Position numbers and translations under genes: made by a program
From: the human T2T-CHM13v2.0 reference genome, Homo sapiens
Assembly: GCF_009914755.1 (NCBI RefSeq)
Contig: NC_060946.1
Strand: one strand, 5' to 3'
Length of the DNA stretch: 64,000 nt
Shown: one piece after another, positions 12,958 to 32,608 of the stretch
How positions within the stretch are numbered: position 1 is the stretch's first letter
Layout: each line of letters starts with the position of its first letter
Notes under the pieces: model-generated
Seen by the model: only the letters and a program-made list of their open reading frames with translations
Told to the model about the DNA's origin: nothing
The model's database searches: none

Positions 12958-13250
12958 GGCCAGGAGTGGTGGCTCAAGCCTGTAATCCCAGCACTTTGGG
13001 AGGCCGAGGCGGGTGGATCACAAGGTCAGGAGATCAAGACCATCCTGGCTAGTGTAGTGAAACCCTGTCTCTACTAAAAACACAAAAAAATTAGCTGGCC
13101 ATGGTGGTGGGTGCCTGTAGTCCCAGCTACTCAGGAGGCTGAGGCAGGAGAATGGTGTGAACCTGGGAGGTGGAGCTTTCAGTGGGCTGATATCATGCCA
13201 TTGCACTGCAGCCTGGGTGACAGAGTGAGACTCCATCTAAAAAAAAAAAA
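12958..13250 (+). mobile_element. Alu (S/Y) inserted in L1
   Basis: Full dimer; TSD AGAAGTGGGAGCT / AGAAGTAGGAGCT. Confidence 0.92.
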
Positions 13251-13289
13251 AGAAGTAGGAGCTAAGCTATGAGAATGCAAAGGCAGAAG

Positions 13290-14338
13290 TGTTACGGGAA
13301 GTCAGGGACCCCAAAGGGAGGGACCGGCTGAAGCCATGGCAGAAGAACATAAATCGTGAAGATTTCATGGACATTCATTAGTTCCCCAAATTAATACTTT
13401 TATAATTTCTTACGCCTGTCTTTACTGCAGTCTCTGAACATAAACTGTGAAGATTTCATGGACATTTATCACTTCCCCAATCAATACTCTTGTGATTTCC
13501 TATGCCTGTCTTTACTTTAATCTCTTAATCCCATCATCTTTGTAAGCTGAGGATGTGTGTTGCCTCAGGACCCTGTGATGATTGTGTTAACTGCAAAAAT
13601 TGTTTAAACAACACTAAATCTGGGCACCTTGAAAAAAGAACAGGATAACAGTGATGTTCAGGGACAAGGGAGATAACCATTAGGTCTGGCTGCCTGAGAG
13701 CCATGTGGAACAGAGCCATACTTCTCTTCTTTCAAAAGCAAATAGGAGAAATATCGCTGAATTATTTTTCTCAGCAAGGAACAGCCCTGAGAAAGAGAAT
13801 GTGTTCCTAGGGGTAGGTCTCTGAAATGACCGCTCTAGGAATGTCTGTCTTTTACAGTTGTAGATAAGGGATGAAATAAGCCCTGGTCTCCTGCAGCGCT
13901 CCCAGGCTTATTAGGATGAGGAAATTCCCGCCTAATAAATTTTGGTCAGACTAGTTGTCTTTTCTCAAACCCTGTCTCCTGATAAGATGTTATCAATGAC
14001 AATGCGTGCCCGAAACTTCATTAGCAATTTTAATTTCACTCCGGTCCTGTGATCTCGCCCTGCCTCCATTTGCCTTGTAATATTTTATTACCTTGCGAAG
14101 CATGTGACCTCTGTGACCCACACCCTATTCATACACTCCCTCCCCTTTGAAAATCACTAATAAAAACTTGCTGGTTTTGCAGCTTGGGGGGCATCATGGA
14201 ACCTGCCGACATGTGATGTCTCCCCCAGACACCCAACTTTAAAATTTCTCTCCTTCCCTTTATTTCTCAGACCGGCCAACACTTAGGGAAAATAGAAAAG
14301 AACCCACACTGAATTATCGGGGGCGGGTTCCCCTGATA
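13290..14338 (+). mobile_element. MER11 (HERV-K11/HML-8) solo LTR
   Basis: Starts TGTTACGGGAAGTCAGGGACCCC and ends GGTTCCCCTGATA; TSD AGAAG; internal duplicated TGAAGATTTCATGGACATT unit; AATAAA near 14159. Confidence 0.9.
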
Positions 14339-15505
14339 AGAAGAATGACACAATGGACTTTGGGGACTCAGGAGGAAAGGGTGGGAAGGAGGGAAAGTGG
14401 TAAAAACTATAAATTGGGTACAATGTATACTGCTCGGGTGATGGGTTCAGCAAAAGCTCACAAATCACCACTAAAGAACATACTCATGTAACCAAATATC
14501 ACCTGTTGATATTACTCCTATCAACATTACTCCTACCTGTGTCTGTGTATCTTTGTCATGTGACTTATCCCCCTTGACTTTGTGCTTGGCCCTGTTCTCA
14601 CTTTGAGTAATGGAACATTTGTGGACCTTATGCAAGCTCAAGTTTAAATGTCCTTGCACCACTTGGTTTGCCCTCTTTTGCAACTCTCATTACTAAGATC
14701 TTGTCCTGGATAGTTTTTGGCCCTTCAGGCTGGGTTTCCAAATAAACACGTGTGAGTAATAAATGCTGATATTTGTGACTGTTACATAGCAATATATGAA
14801 TGATACATCTAACATAAAGCAGACACTGGATATTGGTGTGGTGAGTGAAAACACTCAGGCTTGTATGTATGTAGATTCCTCTCCCACAGAGGGCAGTCAT
14901 CAATATTACCAACTCAACTAAGAGGATGATTCTTATTTGGTGCAGTTTCTCTAATTCCAAGAGCAGTGGAGAAGTCTAATACCAGGGCAGTGAGCACGAC
15001 CATCTGAACAACTCTTCCTTTTATGCTGGCCCTGACGCATCCTAACAGGCCAAGAAACTTGGAAGTGCCTCCCTGGAGGCAGCTGGGAGAGTGATGACAG
15101 ATCGGGCTACGTGGGTGATTTATTTATATTCTTCTATTGTCTAAGATGGATATGTTTATTTAAAATTGGAAATAACTGCTATAATTAAAGCATTGAATAA
15201 AACTAAAATTAAGAATTAAAAATTTATATATTCTCCAACATCCTATCAGTCAAAGAAAATTACAGGTGGGTATTAAATTGTCAGATAAAAGAAGAACTTT
15301 CAGAGCAAAGGAAAGAAATGAATATTTATAATCTCCAAGCATTGCATGTATATTTTCTCTAATTCTACCATTTGGCTACATTTTAAGGTGCCCTAAAATT
15401 TGCTTTTTTTTTTTAAATTTTCTTTCGCTTTCCAATTCTATCTCATTATCACCCATGAAGTCCCATCTTTATTTTTTTAACAACAAAATATTAGGAGAAA
15501 ATTAA

Positions 15506-15697
<192 letters not shown>

Positions 15698-15892
15698 TAA
15701 AATTTGTATAGAGATGGGGTCTCACTGTGTTGCTGAGGCCGGTCTCAAACTCCTAGGCTCAAGCAATCCTCCCACCTGAGCCTCCTAATGTGCTGGGATT
15801 ATAGGTGGGAGCAATAATCATTTAATCTAAAATTCTCTCAGATGAGTAGGTATGGGAAAATTTTTAAAAAAATAATAATATTAAAATAATAA

Positions 15893-16195
<303 letters not shown>

Positions 16196-16599
16196 TAGCC
16201 AGGATGGTGTCGATCTCCTGACCTCGTGATCTGCCCACCTCTGCCTCCCAAAGCGCTGGGATTACAGGCATGAGCCACCACACCCAGCCCATGAAACATT
16301 TATTAAGGGCCCATTCTGGGTGACATATTATGTTAGGTTGGACTGTGAGGGTATAAATACAGGACAAATGAGAAGGGTTCCTTCTGTCAAGGAGAACACA
16401 CTCGAAGATACTAGAAATAAAATAGAAACTTCTACGCTAATTACTAATACAGAGAATTACCAGATTTTTGAAAGCTCAACTAATAAAGCAACCACCCTTT
16501 TCTGGATATATCAAGAAAGTGTCTGCCTTGGATGTGGGATCTTAGAAAAAGAAGAGTAAGTATGGAGGAAATGAGGTCATCTCCAACAGAGGGACTGTG

Positions 16600-16966
16600 T
16601 GATAGTATGGACTGCATATTTCTGTCTCCCCCAAAATTCTTAGATTGAAACCCTAACCCCCCATGTGATAGTATTTGGAGGTAGAGCCTTTGTGAAATAA
16701 TTAGGTTTAGAAGAGGACATGAGAGTGGAGCCCTCATGATAGGATTAGTGTCCTTAAAAGAAGAAAAAGAGACTAGATCTTTCTGCCATGCCAGGCTACA
16801 GAGAAAGGTGCCATCTACAAACCAGAAAGTGGACCCTCGCCAAGAACCAAATCTGCAGGCACCTTGATCTTAGACTTCCCAGCCTCCAGAGCTATGAGAA
16901 ATAAAGGTTTGTTGTTTAAGCCATCCAGTCTTTGCTATTTTTTTTATGGCAGCCTGAACTAAGACA
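16600..16966 (+). mobile_element. MaLR MST-type solo LTR
   Basis: TCCCCCAAAATTC...GGAGCCCTCATGAT...ACCTTGATCTTAGACTTCCCAGCCTCCAG...GAACTAAGACA. Confidence 0.8.
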
Positions 16967-18895
16967 GCCTGGCAAACACAGGAAAGGAAGCTATAAAAGG
17001 GCACAATGGGCTGGGTGCAGTGGCTCACGAATGTAATCTCAGCACTTTAGGAGGCCGAGGCAGGTAGATCACTTGAGGCCAAGGAGTTCGAAACCAGCCT
17101 GGCCAACATGGTGAAACTCCATCTCTACAGAAAATACAAAAATTAGCCAGGTGTGGTGGTGGGAGCCTATAATCCCAGCTACTCAGGAGGCTGAGGCAGA
17201 AGAATCACTTTAGCCCAGGAGGTGGAGGTTGCAGTGAGCCGAGATTGCTCCACTGCACACCAGCCTGGGCGACAGATTGAGACTCCGTCTCCAAAAATAA
17301 AAGGCACCAATGACTGTGTGTTGAGTGACCAATTGTGTTGAGCCATAGAGGAAAGATGTAGGCACCAGTGACTTGTCCAGGATCAGGGATGACACACTTC
17401 TTTTTCTTGATAGCTATTCTGTCCTCTCCCAGACATTTTTTTTTTTTTTTTAACACTGCTGTCGCCCAGGCAGGAGTGCAGACATGGCTCATTGCAGCCT
17501 GAACCTCCTGGGCTCAAATCTCCCACCTCAGGCTCCCAAGTAGCTGGGACCACAGGCATGTGCCACTATGCTTGGCTATTTTTTTTTTTTATGTTTCGTA
17601 TAGATAGGGTCTCGCTATGTTACCCAGGCTGGTCCTGAACTCCTGGCCTCAAATGATCCTCCTGCCTTGGCCTCCCAAAGTGCTGAGATTGCAGGCATGA
17701 GCCGCCTCACCTGGCCCCTCTCCCAAACTTTCTTTTGAGGTTAAATAATGTAAAAAGGAAGAGTGTGTAGAACAAAAGTAATAGCTAATGTAAAAAAAAA
17801 AGTTTAAAACAAAAATTATCCATATCTCACTACTTAGAGATAACCATTATATATATTTTGACAACAAATACCCTTCTGGATTTCTGCATTTGCTCTGTCA
17901 GATGTTAGTTGAGGTGGGACAGGGAAAGGGGTTAAGGGAGGAGGCAAGGAAAGAAGGGTCAGAATGCAATTTATCTTACGAGGCGTTTTCCCATTTAGTA
18001 ATACATAATCAACATCTCTGCATGTTTTCAAGTATATAAAGCTCCTTAGATCATTACTTATTCATAGTATTACAGGGATTCTATGTTTTCTCTATTATAA
18101 ACTACATGTTGTTGAACTTCTTTCAAACTACATCTATTCATACAGCAAGTCATTTACTTTGTAAAAATTCCTAAACTTAAATATCTGGTTCAACACAAGT
18201 ATGCAAAATTTTGTACAGATTTTATTTACCATAGAACTATGGCTACAAATTAAATGAAAATAATAGTAATAAATTATAATAATATAGGAGTCACCTCACA
18301 GATGTTTCCAGTCACAAAGTAAGGCTTTTCCTGCTTTGTACTTAAGTTGAAATCCCCCCAAAGTGCATAAAGGCGGATACATCCTTTCTAGGGTACCCTT
18401 TTCACCCTGTAGATGAACCCTGACGTGGCCAACTGATCTACCGACAGTAGTACACTCTAGATGTCTTTTATTAAAATAATAGATAATAGAGTAATCCACA
18501 AACTAGGACCTTACACACATACGCACAGAGCAAAAGCTCCTGAGGTGCAGAGCCTACAGGAAACCTCATCAAAAGCTCTGATGGCTCCTGTCGATGAGCA
18601 CCTTTAGGAGGGGCTGCTGTTGTCTTAAGTCAGAACAGAGATAGTTTGTGCCTCTCCATTTTGAAATGCTCCAGATTTCCCTTCCCTGTCTTGGTCTCTC
18701 AGAGCCTAATGTCTGTGCTGGACTAGCATAGTCAGTCTTTGGTTATGTGTCTGTATTTTCTATTTAAAGTAGTCTAGGCTGGGTGCAGTGGCTCACACCT
18801 GTAATCCCAGCACTTTGGGAGGCCGAAGTGGGTGGATCACAAAGTCAGGAGTTACAGACCACCCTGACCAACATGGTGAAACCCCATCTCTACTA

Positions 18896-19141
<246 letters not shown>

Positions 19142-19783
19142 TCACTGAACCCAGGAGGCAGAGGTTGCAGTGAGCTGAGATTGCACCACTGCACTCCAAC
19201 CTGGGCAACAGAGGGAGACTCCGTCTAAAAAACTAAAATAAAATAAGATACTCTAAAGTAAATTATTTAAATAATTCTCATCTTAAGCAAGCAGTTTATT
19301 CAGCATGAGGTTCAAAGTAAATAACTTCAAATCAGATGGTCATGAATATAACTTCTTTAGTCATTCAAAACACTCAGATAAACAAGACGGATAACACTGA
19401 AATGAAATACAGACAATGCAGTGGATTTTCAACAATAACTACAAAAAGGACTGAACAAAGAGACAAACAATGAATGTGGGCTTGCCTAGGAAATACAGTA
19501 GAAATGTCAAAAAAAGTTAAATGAATGAGAGGGGTACTACAATCCTCCACCCCAGGAAACCACAGCAAGGTGCCGTGGATCCTCTCTGAAGCCTGACGTT
19601 CAGGTTGTTCATATTTTAGGTACCCTGGACACTTGCTCATAGGCCCTGCAAGAGGTTACAGCAGCTGTTCCCTCCCACAGGGCAAAGCCAGATCTCACAG
19701 CCACCTAGGCCTCCCCATGACAGGGAGTTGCTCCCTGGGACAAAGACCAGAATAGGAGGAGGAGGGAGAGATAAAAGGCTCAG

Positions 19784-20000
19784 ATTTGCATAATGTGTCC
19801 CACAAATACCTAACCTTTATGCAAGAGGTGAGGAGGGCATAAAAGAGCCATTAGAGAGTCCAACACTAGCTGTGAGGCCAGTGGGCCCTTGGAACTTCAG
19901 CACCGTGGTCTAGACTCCTCTCCTCCTCCTCACTCAGTCACTGCCCAGGTTCACAGAGATTTCAGATCAGCCTTTAGAATGATTCTTCTGCCTTCTTTTG
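19784..20000 (+). pseudogene. Orphan IGLV7-like promoter, leader exon (19905-19948) and 5' part of intron; V exon absent
   Basis: Perfect ATTTGCAT at 19784-19791; CATAAAA at 19838-19844; CACC-GTGGTCTAGACTCCTCTCCTCCTCC...TGCCCAG/GT is a decayed ATGGCCTGGACTCCTCTC leader; intron start GTTCACAGAGATTTCAGATCAGCCTTT resembles my recollection of IGLV7 introns. Confidence 0.8.
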
Positions 20001-20421
20001 GGAGAAAGTGGGTCTAGGAAAAATAGAATGCAAATATTTTTCCAATCCATAGGGAACAATAAGAGGTATACTAGATGAAGAGTTTATGGTCAAATATTTT
20101 TTCAAAAAAAAAATCTCTCTATGATGTAATTCTGACTGATAATAGCAAAGAAAACAAGCTCCTTATTTTATATAAAAAATTTTTCTTTTTTTTTTTTTTT
20201 TTGAGATGGAGTCTTGCTCTGTCACCTAGGCTGGAGTGCAATGGCACGATCTTGGCTCACTGCAACCTCCACCTCCTGGGTTCAAGTGATTCTCCTGCCT
20301 CAACCTCCTAGGGATTACAACCTCCTAGTAGCTGGGATTACAGGCAGCCGCCACAACGCCCGGCTAATTTTTGTATTTTTAGTAGAGACAGGGTTTCACC
20401 ATGTTGGTCAGGCTGGTCTCA

Positions 20422-20592
<171 letters not shown>

Positions 20593-20884
20593 TCAGGCTG
20601 GAGTGCAGTGGCACAATCACTGCTTATTGCAGGCTTGACCTCCCAGGTTCAAGCTATCCTCCCCTACCTCAATCTCCCAAGTGGCTGGGAACATAGGTGT
20701 GTACCACCACACTTGGCTAATTTATTTATTTTCTGTACAGCCTGGATCCCCCTGTGTTGCCCAGGCTGGTCTTGAACTTCTGGGCTCAAGCTATCCTTCC
20801 TCCTCAGCCTCCTAAAATTCCGGAATTACAGGCGTGAGCCACCATGCCCGACCTAGAAGTATTTGTTTCAAGGAGCATATTTAA

Positions 20885-21409
<525 letters not shown>

Positions 21410-21991
21410 TAATCCCAGCACTTTGGGAGGCAGAGGCGGCTGACCACTTGGGGCCAATGAGTTTGAGACCAGCCTGGGCAATGTGGTGAAACCCCATCTC
21501 TACTAAAATTACAAAAAAATAATTAGCCGGGCGTGGGGGCCCGCGGCTGTAATCCCAGCTCCTCAGGAGGCTGAGGCAGGAGAATCTCTTGACCGCAGGA
21601 GGCGGAGGTTGCCGTGAGCCGAAATAGTGCCACTGCACTCCAGCCTGGGCGACAGAGTGAGTGAGGCTCCGCCTCAAAAAAAAACCAAACCAAAACAACA
21701 ATAACGAAAAACAACAAAAAAAGTAGATTGTGCAGCTATTAAATGAAAAGTACAAAACTGTTCAGTTTCCAGGCATTTAAAATTATTTCTGGCCAGGCCT
21801 GGTGGCTCATGCCTGTAATCCCAGCACTTTGGGAGGCCGAGGTGGGCACATCACCTGAGATCAGGAGTTTGAGACTAGCCTGACCAACATGGAGATACCC
21901 TGTCTCTAACTAAAAAAAAAAAAAAAAATTATTTCTACTTTACATTTACATTAGTACAACCAAAGTATTGATGAATTATCTTACATACTCA

Positions 21992-22388
<397 letters not shown>

Positions 22389-22638
22389 TTATTCATATAT
22401 TGAAATAACTTCCAAAAAGGCTTATGCCAATTGAAACTCCTTTTAATACATCCTCACTGACAGTAAACATTACAATTTATATAATATTCATCAGTACGCT
22501 ACCATTGCTTTAATTCCCATTTTTGTTTTTGCTATGGAGACTAAATATTTTGCATTTATTTACCAATCAGCTATATTTATTCTTTGTGAAATGGACAGGG
22601 ATTTTTTTCTTTACAACAATTTTATAATAGTGCATTAG

Positions 22639-22887
<249 letters not shown>

Positions 22888-23379
22888 TGATCTGCCCACC
22901 TTGGCCTCCCAAAGTGTTGGAATTACAGGCGTGAGCCAACACACCCGGCCCCCGATTTTTCTTAGTAATCTTTGGAAACACTTCAGAAATATTTTTAATT
23001 AGCCCTTTCATAATCTCAGGCTATAATTTTCCTGTTTATATGCCATAAAATGTGAACATGTTACACCGTCAAATAAAAAAAGCAAGGTGCAGAAGACTGT
23101 GCATAATATAAATCAGTTATTTAAAAAAAAGAAAAGAAAAAATAAGAAACTATCTGAAAGGCTAAAAAAAGAATCTGAGTTGTTACTTTTTCGATGTTTG
23201 AAGAATGTGAATATATTATATACTCAACATTTTAAAATAAATGAACTTTAAAAAGAATCCTCTCAAAATGGTGTCAGCCACAATGGCACACCAGAGAGTG
23301 GGAAGGCAACACAATGACCATTAACTCAGTTTTAGCTGCCTTCCTTGTATCATAAAAACTTCTAATGTTCCATTTTCCC

Positions 23380-25980
<2,601 letters not shown>

Positions 25981-26263
25981 ATTCCCTTCCCTGTTTGCAA
26001 AGCACACAATCCCACCCATCAAAAAACATGGAAAAATGGTACTAAGGTTTCGATGTGTATGTTTATACACACCCATGCACACATCCCTCAGACAGCTTTT
26101 CTGTCATTTCTGACATTGTGCCTCTTTCTACTGTTTTGGATTCTATCAATCCCTGGATAGGATCAAGGAATAACCCCATCCCATTCACATCCAAAGTTCT
26201 AAGCCATTAGCCCACATACATGAATACAGGGGAAGATACAAATGAGTCTAAGTTATAACTAGA

Positions 26264-26406
26264 GCAGGGGTCAGCAAACTTTTTTCTATAAAGTGTCAGG
26301 TAGTAAATATTTTAGGCTTTGCTGGGTGTATATGGGTCTCTGGCTCTAACAATGTTTTGAAAATTTAAACTTAGCCTAAAAGCCACAGTTTGCCAATGCT
26401 TGCCCT
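26264..26406 (+). mobile_element. MER58-like hAT DNA transposon relic
   Basis: CAGGGGTCAGCAAACTTTTT...GTAAATATTTTAGGCTTTGC...AGTTTGCCAA. Confidence 0.7.
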
Positions 26407-26581
26407 AAAGCTAAGAAAGACTTGTGTCTTAGTGGCAGTCTTGCCACACATTGATAATTGTTCTAATTTCAATCTCATAACCGGGAAGGAAAGAGTCTAA
26501 AAGGGCTAACCACTGAAATGGAATTTACTTTATTTATATGATGAATGCTTTTAAAAGACAAAATAACTCACTTATATAACA

Positions 26582-29220
<2,639 letters not shown>

Positions 29221-29279
29221 GTCCCATTTTACTTATGGTGGAAAAACAATACAGCAACAGCATTTTTTTCACAAAACAT

Positions 29280-29285
29280 TTTATT
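29280..29285 (-). terminator. ZNF280B: Candidate distal polyA signal of ZNF280B (implies a ~3.3-kb 3'UTR)
   Basis: AATAAA on the minus strand followed by a GU/U-rich tract (complement of AAAAACAATACAGCAACAGC). Confidence 0.55.
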
Positions 29286-32005
29286 ACTATAATTGATATT
29301 TTACTTATAATTTTTGGCAACATTAATAAAATAATAAATTTCACCTGAAAGAACAAGCGAGCAAAATAGACAAGGAAATTCACAAAGGGCAATAACAAAA
29401 TAGTAATCTTGACATATTCAATATATTTGTAAACAAAACAAAGTGACATTGCCTTAAAAATATATAGAGGTATCAATAGAAAAACAGAGAAAGCTCCTGA
29501 AAGAACTCACTATATTAATTTTCATTTGGTTGCAGGCACAGAAATTGACTCAAGCTAGCTCAATTCTAAGACAGAAGCAAAGCCCTTGATGATGATCGCT
29601 TTCCAGCTTTTTCATGAAAACCTAGGAAATTTAAATACTTTGAAGAGGAAGAAAAGAGTGGGGAGAGAGTAAAGTGCCTTTAAGAGGAAAAGTAGAAGTT
29701 TTTTTTTTTTTTTAAAGGGAGATCTCATTGTCAGTGGCATTTTAAGAGCCTTGAAGCTCAATGAACCAAAGGAAGTGTCAAACAATTAAGTGAGGTAGCA
29801 AGCCATGCAGGCCTAGGGGAAGGGCATTCTAAGAAAGACAACAGCATGTGCAAAGTCTTTGGATTGGGAAGAATGTGATTTGCTTAAGGAATAGCAAGGC
29901 CAGTGTGTCAAAATAGTGCATCATTGGGGAAAACAGTGGAGAAGCATGACAGAGAATGAAAAAGAGAGGAAGGAGGTAGGCAGGGGCCAGATCACTGGAA
30001 TCTACAGTTGGCAATTAATGACCATATGTACTCCTTAAGAGCATGCTTTAATGAGACTGCAAACAACAGTGTTGATAATACCAACCAATCACTCAACATA
30101 CAACTAAAACACTTCATATTTTTACCACAGAAACAGAATACGGGAGGTAAGTATGAAAAGTCTGTAGATCTATTTATACACAGTGGGAGTATCTACCTGA
30201 GACAAGAAAAACTGGCACACACACACCCACTTGCACACACATACCCTTTCTTCAACTAAAGAAAGGATTCAGGCTGTAATTTTAGCAAAGTGTCTTAACC
30301 CAAGCAACGTAACTGAAAAGACCTAGTATAGTGTTCAAGGTGCAAATCAATCAAATGAGTGTCCGGCAAATAAATACAACAGAATCTATGGATCTAGAGT
30401 CAGAAAATTTTCTAAAATGTAGATAATATACTCACAACTTCTTTGTTATCTGTACTGCCTTCTACTCTAAGAGGGATGCTAAGCTCTTAATTATCTCTTC
30501 CCGGATTTTTGTGAAAGCTTAGGAAATTTAACTAGATTGAGGAGGGAAGAAAGGAGTGGGGAGAGATAAGGTACCTTTAAAAAGAAATCAAGGAAAAAGG
30601 GAGAGATTTCTCCAGACCTATGTATGTCTACAGCCAAGATGGCGGATTCCTTGACTGGTGAAGACAGGCTGCTGGGCACCTTGGTCAGGGGTGGAGGAAC
30701 AAAGGATGGCACCAGAACACAAGCAGGGAGACAACTCCGGGAGTCCACAGAGGCAGCCAAGACTGCTGATGTTCAGGAACCAATACTCAAAAGGTACTCC
30801 AGAATACTGTGAAACAGCCCCTGGGGAGAGCAAGGGAAAAAGATTCACCCATAGTACAGATTAGATAGGATAGATCAGATGAAGGACATTAACTCTAAGT
30901 CTTAAAACTTATTGAATTAGAGAGACATTTCTTGCACACTGGTGTGTGTCAGGTAAGACCCAAACAGCATTAGTGTCAAAAAACTGGGAAACTATACATT
31001 TAACAGAATAGCTGCAAGCTGTAATACATTCATGTCCAAAGCAAGACATAAAGTTGCAAGCTTCACATGTTCAATTAGGGTAAGATATATATGCACAGAA
31101 AAATATAAAGCCATTATGGGTTTAAATTCAGTCAGTCACCCTGGGCTATTTTTGTCCACTGTACCTACTGTTGTTGGGACAGTCCTCATTCCAGCTTAAC
31201 AGTGGGAAAACTAAATTTAGCCCAGTCCAGGAACTGGACAGACACCACTTGTTTGGCCCTTTTCAGTTAAAACTATGGGTCCAGTACAGTTCAAATTATA
31301 GATATTAGGGCTTCTTCCCCTTGGGAAACTTGCTTTACAGCTGTGGCTGAGAATATGGCCAGTTCATTCTCCACTAACGGCTAGCCAGAAGGGAGAGGAG
31401 AGGGAATGAATCAAATTCACCTTTAGATCACAGAACAGGAAGTCAGCTAGTACCAGGCACCATTCTATTAATTTTATTGCTATTTCACCTCAAACCAATG
31501 ATACATGACGGCTGTTTGATGTCTGCAGGGGCCCTTCACCAAACAAAAGCATTTTACTTTGAATGGTTTGGCTTCCTTGGATGTTTTCAGGTAGGTAAAG
31601 ACACTCTGAAGCAGTGTTCCTTTTGACCTGGCCCCAAGACTAGAATGAATGTGTGCCTATACTTCAACTAGAACAAAGAACCACTGCTCTCCCTCAACTA
31701 ACCTCCGCCTTCTTGGTCTCTGCTCACGCAGCAGCTTCTCTTTCAATTCCACATCCTGGCTTTTCAGAATCTTTTCAGGTTATTTTATGCCAGCACAGCA
31801 GAGGCACTTCTGGGAATTCGGCAGCAAGTGGGCCAGGGCATAACAAAGCCATTCCAGTCTGACTAGAGTTAACCATGAAATGCTGAATGCATGGAAAAAG
31901 CTGTAAAGAAAACTAAGTATTTCAAAAATTCTATGAATTCTGTATATAGAAAAAAGAGCTTTCAAGCTTAGGAGTAACATGAAATACCAAAACAATAAAT
32001 AGGTG

Positions 32006-32284
32006 CCAGGGGCAGTGACTCACACAACCCAGCACTTGGGGAGGCTGAGGCAGGAGGCTCCCCTAAGGTCAGGAGTTCGAGACCACCCTGGGCGACATAA
32101 CAAGATTCCATCGCTACAAAAAATTAAAATAAAAAATTAGCTGGGTGTGGTGGCTGCGCCTGTAGTCCTAGCTACTCTCCAAAGGCTGAGGCGGAGGAAT
32201 GCTTGAGCCTGGAAGTTCAAGGTTGCAGTGAGCTAGGATCACGCCACTGCACTCCAGCCTGGGTAACAGTGAGACCCTGTCTCT

Positions 32285-32320
<36 letters not shown>
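32006..32320 (+). mobile_element. AluJ-like element, antisense within the putative ZNF280B 3'UTR
   Basis: Alu dimer with a long A tail, followed by a CT/CA microsatellite at 32349-32371. Confidence 0.85.
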
Positions 32321-32608
32321 AAAATTAAAAAAATAAATTAATACCTTTTTCTCTCTCTCACACACACACACAAACACCTTTTATGTGTTAAGCCAGATAC
32401 AGTTAACATGAAAACCAGATGTTTTAAAATAATACCTCAAAATTCAGATCAAATAATATATATCCTGAATCTTGTTTAAAAAGTCATATATAATCCACTA
32501 GTTTCACTATTTTTGGTGCTACTGAATAATGTATGGTTTGTATTTTTTGTTTTATGAGGTTTTTTAATTTGGTTTGAAATACTTGCTTTAGATTTACTGA
32601 AACTAGAA

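Larger units (their letters stand above)
11527..14507 (+). mobile_element. 5'-truncated L1 (L1PB-like) ORF2 end and 3'UTR, interrupted by an Alu and MER11
   Basis: ORF 11766-12080 ([10 protein letters not shown]...[21 protein letters not shown]) is the L1 ORF2 C-terminus. The 3'UTR resumes at 14344. Confidence 0.9.
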
